Assembly (NCBI GenBank): GCA_041500865.1
Contig: JBGQMY010000014.1
Span: 1-30,941 of the forward strand
Length of the DNA stretch: 30,941 bases
Source: Candidatus Micrarchaeia archaeon
GTDB lineage: Archaea > Micrarchaeota > Micrarchaeia > Anstonellales > J096
Reading direction: 5' to 3'
Both the position numbers and the translations under genes were made by a program. Below, piece after piece: positions 8,708 to 15,986 of this stretch. The notes below the pieces were generated by a model, which was not told where the DNA came from, searched no databases, and was given only the letters and a program-made list of their open reading frames with translations. Every line of letters starts with the position of its first letter. Position 1 is the first letter of the stretch.

Positions 8708-8854
8708 ATGAAAGGATTTGGAGGATTCGGCGACAGGAAGATGTACCCAGCAAAGTGCTCCGACTGCGGAGTGGATTGCGAAGTGCCCTTTGAGCCGAAA
8801 GAAGGCAGGCCCGTTTATTGCAGGGACTGCTACAGGAAGCACAGCAAGTTCTAA
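8708..8854 (+). CDS. CxxC-x17-CxxC small zinc-ribbon protein (48 aa), copy 2
   Basis: Manual translation MKGFGGFGDRKMYPAKCSDCGVDCEVPFEPKEGRPVYCRDCYRKHSKF. Not in the ORF track. Confidence 0.92.
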   Translation: MKGFGGFGDRKMYPAKCSDCGVDCEVPFEPKEGRPVYCRDCYRKHSKF

Positions 8855-8922
8855 TAGCTACTGATAGCTAATGGATGAGTAGTGCAATTTTTTTTCTTAT
8901 TTCAATGGTCCAGCCGTAAGGC

Positions 8923-9840
8923 TCAGACGATTTTGTGCATCAGCAGCGGCAGATTCAGCGTCGTGTCCCCGTACAGCGTGACATGGCTGCTTTTCTCCCT
9001 TATTTTCCCCCAGCTGACGGCTTCCTTCGTCCTTGCCCCGCTCAGCGAGCCGTCCCATTCCAGCGCGGTTGTGAGGTATATGGCGTAATCAAGGCCGCCC
9101 CTTGCTATGTTGGCGCCTATGATATGGTGCTTGCTTATGCCCCCGCCGAGGATTATCGCGGCCGTCTTGTCCGCGTTGAGCGTTATGTCTGCCAGGTCCT
9201 TCATGTCCTTTGTCACGTCAATCATGAAGTCCTTGTTCTTCTGCTTGTAGAAGTATGTTTGCAGCCCTATGGCGCCGTCCGTTATGCCTGGGCAGAAGAC
9301 CTTCACGCCCTTTTCATGGCAATATCTCAGGAACGAGCAATTGTCCTTTGAGTTTTCGTAAATGTGCTTGGCAAGATATGCGGTAAGCTCAGAAGGCGAT
9401 ATGATGTTGCCCTTGTCCTTGACGCACTTTGCAACGACCTTGTTGAACACTTCCTCAAAAAGGACGTACCTGTCGCTAGGCACAAAGACGTTGCCTATCC
9501 TGTTTATGCCTTCCTCATGGAGCTTTTCGTCGTCCGCGTCAAACGTTCCCATGAGGTAAGGCTTGAACGACTTTATCGTGTCGTGCTCCACCGCGCCTGG
9601 CGTTGTGACTATCACGTCAACAAGGCCGGACTGGACCAGCTTTGCGATGTATCCCCTTATGCCGGAAGCTACCATGTTTGCCGTAAACCCAAGGTAAACT
9701 GTTATCTTTTCCTTCTGCTTCGTATGCCTTATCGTCTTGAGTATTTCCCTTGCCGTGCCGAGGTTGGATGCCTGGAACCCAACGCTGGAGGCATTTTCCA
9801 GGTAATCGTCGAAATCCGAAACGTCCCTTATGTCTTCCAT
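8923..9840 (-). CDS. dys: Deoxyhypusine synthase
   Basis: GFQASNLG, FTANMVASGIR, GINRIGNVFVP, ILGGGISKHH, DGSLSGARTKEAVSWGK with the catalytic Lys. Confidence 0.97.
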   Translation of the reverse strand: MEDIRDVSDFDDYLENASSVGFQASNLGTAREILKTIRHTKQKEKITVYLGFTANMVASGIRGYIAKLVQSGLVDVIVTTPGAVEHDTIKSFKPYLMGTFDADDEKLHEEGINRIGNVFVPSDRYVLFEEVFNKVVAKCVKDKGNIISPSELTAYLAKHIYENSKDNCSFLRYCHEKGVKVFCPGITDGAIGLQTYFYKQKNKDFMIDVTKDMKDLADITLNADKTAAIILGGGISKHHIIGANIARGGLDYAIYLTTALEWDGSLSGARTKEAVSWGKIREKSSHVTLYGDTTLNLPLLMHKIV

Positions 9841-9909
9841 ATTGATAATAGTCTGCCGCAGGGTTTTTATAGCCTTGCCGGAAGGATGCCTGCCTCGGCG
9901 TCCGATAGG

Positions 9910-10926
9910 TCAGCTGTGCGGGTACCTGCTCGCTTCCCGCACGCAGCTTTCGCGGGATACGTTGTCCAGCAGCTTGTTGCAGTATGAAACGTCGGAAAGG
10001 GTGAGGCCGAGGCACTGGTCGAGCAGCTGGTCGTCAGTGAGCTGGCGGCACACCGTGTCGTTGCCGTGGGATATCGCATATCCCTGGATGCAGAGCTCCG
10101 TTTTCCGCTCCTTGCTTTCCAAAAAGCAGGTGTCGTCGCATTGCATATTAAGGCATTCGCGCCAGTCGCCGAGGATGTCGGCGCGGCAGAGAGTCTGGTC
10201 CAGCGCGCGGTAGCGCTTTGCGCAAAGCGAGGCGTCATTCGAATTAAGCGCAAAATCCCCGATGCAGGAGTCGTATATCCACAGGCCGTCGGAAAAATAG
10301 TTGTATAGCGCATGGCATATCTCGGTGTCGTTGTTTGCCATTGCCAGGTCGCGTACGCAGGCAACAAGGGACGATGCGTTAGGCGCATCTGTTGAGGCGT
10401 ATAATCCATCTTCTGGAAGGAACTGGGAGCAGTTCTGCCCAACCAGGCCAAGCGTTTTTTCAGAGGCGGAAGTGTATGGTATCGTGGATATGTTGGATTT
10501 GGCAACGATGGCGCCGCGGCTGCCTGTTATGACAACAAGCAGCATTGTGTATTTGCCGGGCTGGAACCCATGGTATTGATGGGCGCCGGATTCATAGGCT
10601 GGACCGCTGCCAGGCGCATATGCGGTGAAATTCTCGTTCAGCGGCACTATCACCGTGCCATTCTTTGACAAAAGCATGAATCCGTATGACGTTCCTGGCG
10701 GCAGGCCTTTTTGCACAGGAGAAAACCAGTCGCCTGTGTATATCGCGGATATCTGCGCGCCGTTCTTGTCCACGGCATAAACGCCATATGCGGGATTGAG
10801 GGACTCGGAAACCGTGACATTGAGCGGCTCAGGCACTTGCTGGCTTTCCAGCAAGTCGCAGCAGCCGGCAAAAGCCAGGAAAAGCGCCGCAACAAAAGCT
10901 ATTGCCGGTAGTTTGCCTTTTTGCAT
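9910..10926 (-). CDS. Lipoprotein with C-terminal Cys-rich helical repeats
   Basis: MQKGKLPAIAFVAALFLAFAGCC lipobox from ATG 10926; repeated C-x(7-9)-D-xx-[ILVY]-C units in the C-terminal half. Confidence 0.75.
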   Translation of the reverse strand: MQKGKLPAIAFVAALFLAFAGCCDLLESQQVPEPLNVTVSESLNPAYGVYAVDKNGAQISAIYTGDWFSPVQKGLPPGTSYGFMLLSKNGTVIVPLNENFTAYAPGSGPAYESGAHQYHGFQPGKYTMLLVVITGSRGAIVAKSNISTIPYTSASEKTLGLVGQNCSQFLPEDGLYASTDAPNASSLVACVRDLAMANNDTEICHALYNYFSDGLWIYDSCIGDFALNSNDASLCAKRYRALDQTLCRADILGDWRECLNMQCDDTCFLESKERKTELCIQGYAISHGNDTVCRQLTDDQLLDQCLGLTLSDVSYCNKLLDNVSRESCVREASRYPHS

Positions 10927-11007
10927 GTAGTAATGTTGTGCGGGCAATTTAATAAATGGCGCCCTCTGCAAGGTTTTTATAGGCTTTCGTAGCCAAAGGT
11001 AGATTGC

Positions 11008-11184
11008 GCCGGGGTGGCGGAGCGGTCAACGCGCCAGACTCGAGGCGGAAGGACAGGACGCAGTTTTGCGTCATAACCCCAGGCGGGGGTTGAGCCTTAA
11101 GGGGGCGTGCTAAGGCATGGAGCCCCCTTAGGTGGGACATCTGGTGCCCGCAAGGGCGCAGGGGTTCGAATCCCTTCCCCGGCG
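11008..11184 (+). tRNA. tRNA-Ser(CGA) with a 94-nt intron at canonical position 37/38 (11045-11138)
   Basis: Acceptor stem gccgggg/ccccggc with G73; anticodon arm ccaga-ct-CGA-g^a-tctgg; long variable arm gcccgcaagggc; T-loop ttcgaat. The intron end tggg pairs with C32-G35, forming a relaxed BHB/BHL motif. Confidence 0.93.
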
Positions 11185-11219
11185 CATTATTCTTATTTTT
11201 TTATTATATATCTACTTCT

Positions 11220-12080
11220 TCAATATTCCATAGGTACAAATTTTGTTCTTGTGTTTTGGGATAACTCACTTTTTATTATATCCAGAGTATCTTTAGCTCT
11301 GTCAACACGATGGCGAATTGTATCCAGGCTTATTTCTTGTTTTGCTTTTTCACTTGATATCGAATGGAATATTCCCTTAATGTACCTGGTTCCACTTAAG
11401 CGCTTTGTTCCATCTTCTAATATTTGATAGTACTTTTGTATATTATTCTCTGTTTTCTGGATTTCTTTCTCCATTATTGAAAGTTGGTAATTATATTCCT
11501 GAACAGCTTCATTGTATTGCTCCCCGCTTTCACGGATTTCCTTTTCTTTCGCCTCGATCTTATCCCTAGTTTGTTTAAATGCAGTTTTAGAAGCATATTC
11601 AGGGTATTGCTTGAGGTAGTCCATCATCGAATCAAAATGCATTTCTTCCACGTCAGATTCATTAATTTTCTGCCTGATATTGACTGTCTTGACTTTATTC
11701 CGTTTAGTTGTTTTATCCCACATTGCAGATTCAAAATTCGTTTCTTTGTTTAATAGATTTTCCAGGGATGAGAATAATGTGCGCCTCTCATCTTCATTTT
11801 TTATTACATTATTTTTTGATTTCTGTGCATTATTGTACGTATCATTGAGGATTTTGCTTTCTTGCTCTAATCCATATATGGATTTTACTATGGTAACATT
11901 TGTGTTATCTAATTCCGTTTGATATCTATTTCTCAAAAAGATGGCGTCATTTCTACCCGTTATATCTCCTATGATACTTCCATGCTTAATTTGCGGAGTC
12001 TGATCATATTGAAGAGAGTTGTTCCCCATTAGAACATCGCTAGCATCCGACCTATTATATTGTTTCCTTCTATCTTCCAT
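11220..12080 (-). CDS. Soluble LemA-like coiled-coil protein (AT-rich gene)
   Basis: QYPEYASKTAFKQTRDKIEAKEKEIRESGEQYNEAVQEYN resembles the LemA YPxLxAxxxFxxLxxEL...YNxAVxxYN signature; no TM helix. Start at ATG 12080 after the SD-like GAGGTGG. Confidence 0.6.
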   Translation of the reverse strand: MEDRRKQYNRSDASDVLMGNNSLQYDQTPQIKHGSIIGDITGRNDAIFLRNRYQTELDNTNVTIVKSIYGLEQESKILNDTYNNAQKSKNNVIKNEDERRTLFSSLENLLNKETNFESAMWDKTTKRNKVKTVNIRQKINESDVEEMHFDSMMDYLKQYPEYASKTAFKQTRDKIEAKEKEIRESGEQYNEAVQEYNYQLSIMEKEIQKTENNIQKYYQILEDGTKRLSGTRYIKGIFHSISSEKAKQEISLDTIRHRVDRAKDTLDIIKSELSQNTRTKFVPMEY

Positions 12081-12090
12081 AGTTTCCACC

Positions 12091-12270
12091 TCATTTGAAA
12101 TATTCATTTTCTCTTAAATTCTTTGGTTTAATATCAACTTCAAAATACTGTATCATCTTCTTTATTGCTTCTTGTTTGGTTTTCATATGGTTTGATAATT
12201 TATACACATCCACAATAGTATTTTCTTCTTCCGTCAAATCTATTTGCACTTTTACCAAATCTAACACCAT
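12091..12270 (-). CDS. Small ribbon-helix-helix-like DNA-binding protein (DUF2683-like), 59 aa
   Basis: Manual translation MVLDLVKVQIDLTEEENTIVDVYKLSNHMKTKQEAIKKMIQYFEVDIKPKNLRENEYFK: alternating beta strand followed by two helices. TATA TTTATAAA at about 12297-12304. Not in the ORF track. Confidence 0.65.
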   Translation of the reverse strand: MVLDLVKVQIDLTEEENTIVDVYKLSNHMKTKQEAIKKMIQYFEVDIKPKNLRENEYFK

Positions 12271-12377
12271 GATATACTATAATATATGGCAATATATTTA
12301 TAAAAGTATCGTTTTTGAGCATATCAACCGTCGCAAGCGCGCCGTAAAACCACCTAAATCTAACTGTTTGTACATCG

Positions 12378-12393
12378 CCCTTCTCCGGCGCAT
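12378..12393 (+). repeat. att-like direct repeat of the tRNA-Ser 3' end (copy 2)
   Basis: cccttctccggcgcat versus cccttccccggcgcat at 11172-11187 (15/16 identical), close to the right edge of the AT-rich block. Confidence 0.85.
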
Positions 12394-12407
12394 ATATCAG
12401 TTTCCTG

Positions 12408-13472
12408 TCAGCCAGGGCAGCCCTGGTCATTTGTCCCGGCCAATTTTGTTGTCCCGCTGCAGTCGCCGTCAGGGCCGGAATAATCCCAAGAATATTGGGT
12501 ATTGAAGGTAGAACAATCAGCGCTGAACACCACGTCATAAGCGGACAATGTTGAGGTTCCCGACCCGTCGGGGACAGTCCTGCCATCTATGTGCAGCGTG
12601 GTGCCAATGTATGTCCCGGTGACAGGCCCATGGCCAATGTCGCCCATTATCCCATTTGTAGCATTGCGCTGTATGGTTATGTCATAATTGTTGGTGAAGC
12701 CCACCCCATGGCATGCGCTGTCATCCTCCGTAACGGTAACGTGCCAATTTGCGACAGATATGTCTGATTTTACAGGAAGGCCGGTATCGGCGCATGCGCC
12801 TGACCCGCCGAGGTCCGCGATGCACACCGTTATCGGATAAGTGTCCGGATTGGCGCCTTCAGGCACTGTTCCTGAAAGCAGGCCGTTCATGTCCATAGTT
12901 AATCCAAGGGGCTGGCCCGAAACCGTGAACGTATAGGGCGGGTCCTGGTCCTGGGCGTTTGTGACGTCCATGCAGTTCACCCCGCTCGGCTGGCTGCAGA
13001 AGTTGTATTGGTAATCAGTTCCGATTGTGGCAGTGTCTATGGTTGCAGGCGGGGTAAAGCTGACCTTTGGCTTGTTCACCACAAGCGAGAGGCTGAAAGG
13101 CCCGCCAACCGTGCCATTTGAGTCCCTGACGATGAATGAAATCGGGAACATCTGCATTGAGGTTCCAGGGTTTAACGTTGGCGCTGCGCCTGTTATTGAA
13201 CAGCCTGGCTCGCTGAAAACCAATGTCCCTGGAAGGGTGGTGCCTGGCGCAGCCCGGCAATCATACGGCGGAGACCCGCCTGAAACCGTTATCGCCGCGC
13301 TGTATGGATGGCCTGAGGTTGCGCCGGGGATTGCCGTGGACGCGCCAATGCTGACAGAGGTGTTGATTGTGATTCCGTTGCTGGTAATGCTTTTTGTAGC
13401 CGGGGCATTGGAAGTGCATCCAGCCAACAATATCGATACAGCCAAAACAGCGAAAATCAGGTTTCTGCCCAT
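12408..13472 (-). CDS. Lipoprotein with putative Ig-like (He_PIG-type) domains
   Basis: Lipobox LLAGC; SGGSPPY and PPYTFTVSGQPLGLTMDMNGLLSGT...YPITV motifs. Confidence 0.75.
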   Translation of the reverse strand: MGRNLIFAVLAVSILLAGCTSNAPATKSITSNGITINTSVSIGASTAIPGATSGHPYSAAITVSGGSPPYDCRAAPGTTLPGTLVFSEPGCSITGAAPTLNPGTSMQMFPISFIVRDSNGTVGGPFSLSLVVNKPKVSFTPPATIDTATIGTDYQYNFCSQPSGVNCMDVTNAQDQDPPYTFTVSGQPLGLTMDMNGLLSGTVPEGANPDTYPITVCIADLGGSGACADTGLPVKSDISVANWHVTVTEDDSACHGVGFTNNYDITIQRNATNGIMGDIGHGPVTGTYIGTTLHIDGRTVPDGSGTSTLSAYDVVFSADCSTFNTQYSWDYSGPDGDCSGTTKLAGTNDQGCPG

Positions 13473-13522
13473 GCGGTCATCTCAATGAAAACGTTTTTAT
13501 AGTTTTTTGGTATGGTTTTTGC

Positions 13523-13547
13523 CGAATCCGGATGGGGCCCGGCGCAT
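13523..13547 (+). repeat. att-like degenerate repeat of the tRNA-Ser 3' end (copy 3)
   Basis: cgaatcc 13523-13529 matches 11167-11173, and cccggcgcat 13538-13547 matches 11178-11187. Confidence 0.65.
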
Positions 13548-13608
13548 AAATGTTTAAATAAATGGATAAACATGCTTATTTAAAAATAATTGTGGATAAT
13601 GACTGCAT

Positions 13609-14490
13609 ATGGCAGAACTAAAGGATGCTTCCAAGGGAACAAGGGCTCCTGGCGCAGATGCAGGAACAACGATAAGGAGGGCAAAAGACGCAATTGAGAG
13701 CGCAAAAATAAGTTCTGCGGTATATGTTTTTCGCGCAGGGAACTGCCAAGATTTACATTCGACCATTTTCGCCATGGATGCTACGAAAAGGGGGTTTGTG
13801 CAGACAGTTTCCTGCATCCCTGAAAATCCCGATATGCAGATACTTAGGGACTGCTGCGAAGGGGGCAGGATTATAGAGGAGATGAAACGCACGCTGTCGA
13901 AATGGAGCTCCTACGCCTCAATCGGCGGGGTTGCGCAATATTCACTGAAGAAAAGGGCGCCAGTATTTACATCTAAACTTGCGCCTGCCGGCGTTTTGGG
14001 GAAATTCGATATTGAGTTCAGGCCCGCAAGCCTTGTGGAGGCATATGCGGATTTAGACAATTACGGGGAACAGGTCATTCTGAAAACCTGGGCAGAGGCA
14101 GGCGAAAGGGAGAAAAGGACTGGCACAAAAATAAAGGCATTGGGCGAAGAGTTCCTTTATGCAGGGCCACTGAGGATGGCCGGTTTCCATTTCACGACAA
14201 GGGTGTTCCAAGGCGGATTCCCTGACGACATCAGCCAGGCCATAGAAGAAGTCAATGGAAATGCGCCGAAAGGCGAACTGATTGTGCACCAGGCATACTA
14301 CTTCTTCCATGCAGACAATGGAAGAATCATGTATTCCGCTTTCCGCAAGCCGGAGGATTATTGCGCGGGCAAGACCAAGCTCTTTGGGGACATAACGATA
14401 AGCGATGGCAAGCTGACGTTCTTCCAGAACGGGAACAAGGAAAATGCAAAGGATTTCAGCGGCCTCCTGATGGGGGAACGGGTAGATTAA
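13609..14490 (+). CDS. Hypothetical protein
   Basis: 293-aa ORF after TTTAAAAA; its stop abuts the next ATG; no recognisable motif. Confidence 0.65.
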   Translation: MAELKDASKGTRAPGADAGTTIRRAKDAIESAKISSAVYVFRAGNCQDLHSTIFAMDATKRGFVQTVSCIPENPDMQILRDCCEGGRIIEEMKRTLSKWSSYASIGGVAQYSLKKRAPVFTSKLAPAGVLGKFDIEFRPASLVEAYADLDNYGEQVILKTWAEAGEREKRTGTKIKALGEEFLYAGPLRMAGFHFTTRVFQGGFPDDISQAIEEVNGNAPKGELIVHQAYYFFHADNGRIMYSAFRKPEDYCAGKTKLFGDITISDGKLTFFQNGNKENAKDFSGLLMGERVD

Positions 14491-15159
14491 ATGGCAAACA
14501 AGCTGGCAAGGCTGGAAAAATCTGCTAAGCCACGGATGAACCTTGGCAGCAAAAAGCCTGCTCCGGAAAAGACATACCTAAGGTTTGACCCAAGGGAGGT
14601 TGTGCGCGACGTCTTTGAGGAAAAGGTCAGCAAACTGTTCAACCTGGAATGGGCGGACGTGAGGGCGCTGGGCCATGTCCCTGACCTCGTCTCAAAGGAC
14701 AGGACGTTCTTCGTTGAGGTCAAGGCCGCCGCATACGACAACGGCGGGGTCATAAACATGGGGCAGCTGCGCAGGTTCGACCGGGAGATAATGGCAAGGC
14801 GGTTTTACGCGTTCCCGTACCACTCGGTAAACAGGGGGCAGGCGCACCGGTTTCCTACAGAGGAGGCGCTGGGGGACGCGCTGGGCCTCAGGTCGCTGTA
14901 CCTGTTCCCGTTCAGCATAGTGAAGGCGCATTTTGAGAAATCGTGGAAGATACGCAACCCAAAGCACGACGACTACGTACAGATGAGGGAATCATTGGCA
15001 AACAGGATTTTTGAAAAGGATGCCGAAGCATGGAAAAGGCTTGGCCTTGACCCAAACCGATACAGGGCCGTGTCACCGCATGAAAAGGCCCACATAATGA
15101 CAAGGGACGGACAGCTGGAGCAGCAGCTGCTGGATTCCTTTCATCCTGAAGATATTTAG
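14491..15159 (+). CDS. PD-(D/E)XK-superfamily nuclease (restriction-endonuclease-like)
   Basis: FEE...GHVPDLVSKDRTFFVEVK catalytic motif. Confidence 0.7.
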   Translation: MANKLARLEKSAKPRMNLGSKKPAPEKTYLRFDPREVVRDVFEEKVSKLFNLEWADVRALGHVPDLVSKDRTFFVEVKAAAYDNGGVINMGQLRRFDREIMARRFYAFPYHSVNRGQAHRFPTEEALGDALGLRSLYLFPFSIVKAHFEKSWKIRNPKHDDYVQMRESLANRIFEKDAEAWKRLGLDPNRYRAVSPHEKAHIMTRDGQLEQQLLDSFHPEDI

Positions 15160-15357
15160 GCGGCCTGGCATATTTCCATCTGTCAAAAATCCGAATCTAT
15201 TGTCTTAGGTGACTACAAATTGTATCCGCGTAGTCACCTCTTCCGGAATACTTTTTTTAGACGTGCTGGACAAGAAACCCGGGGTTTTAACCCGGGAATG
15301 ACTTGACTCATCACTTTAAAGATGAGTATATTACGGGTGGGGAAAGTCTGTATTAGA

Positions 15358-15594
15358 TCATATACTCTCAAGCAGGGCAATGAACTGCTCCCTGTCAATG
15401 CCCAAATCCTTGCGGATTATCTTGTTCAGCAATCCTGGGTCTATCTTTTCCCTGGTATGGCATGGCACCACGGTCGTCCTGCCGTCAGGATGCCTAAAGA
15501 ACATATGGCTCCCTTTCTGGCGCTTAAGCTCAAACCCCATTTTATTAAGAACCTTTGCAAGTCGGATTACTGAAATCAGGGGCAATTTTGCCAT
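15358..15594 (-). CDS. hicA: HicA-family mRNA interferase toxin
   Basis: GFELKRQKGSHMFFRHPDGRTTVVPCH...GLLNKIIRKD. Confidence 0.93.
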   Translation of the reverse strand: MAKLPLISVIRLAKVLNKMGFELKRQKGSHMFFRHPDGRTTVVPCHTREKIDPGLLNKIIRKDLGIDREQFIALLESI

Positions 15595-15680
15595 GTTTGC
15601 TTAATTGATTTGGAGTTTAAAAATACTAGGGTATAATCAATTTAATGATATATGCAAGGCATTCTGTTCCCTGCGCACGT

Positions 15681-15917
15681 TTAACATGTTAATGCAGATA
15701 TCTTAGGCATAGATATTTTCTCTATCCCTATTATCGGCCTTGCCATTATCCCGGATTCGCACTCGTAATAAAGCTCAATGGCTTCCCGTATCCTTTTCAG
15801 AAGCCCGGCCTTTGTCCTGGCCTGCGTATGGCATCCCGGAAGCTCAAGTATTTCTCCTATAAGGTATCCGCTTTCGCCTTTTTCTATTACAAGAGTAAGA
15901 GTCTTGAGCCGCGCCAT
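15681..15917 (-). CDS. hicB: Short HicB-family antitoxin lacking a DNA-binding domain
   Basis: LVIEKGESGYLIGEILELPGCHTQARTKAGLLKRIREAIELY. Confidence 0.9.
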   Translation of the reverse strand: MARLKTLTLVIEKGESGYLIGEILELPGCHTQARTKAGLLKRIREAIELYYECESGIMARPIIGIEKISMPKISALTC

Positions 15918-15986
15918 TTTATCACGTAGTTTACATATATAAGGAAAGGTTTAAAAACATATAAATGAAGGATTAGGGGCGCTATG

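Noticed and set aside
11045..11138. Box C/D guide RNA inside the tRNA intron
   Set aside because: No RUGAUGA or CUGA boxes are present.
15160..15176. Further att copy (cctggcatat) after the nuclease gene
   Set aside because: The match to the tRNA-Ser end is too short and gapped to distinguish from chance.
11188..15980. Intact provirus or autonomous integrative element
   Set aside because: No integrase, replication, packaging or capsid gene is recognisable; only att-like scars and cargo genes are seen.
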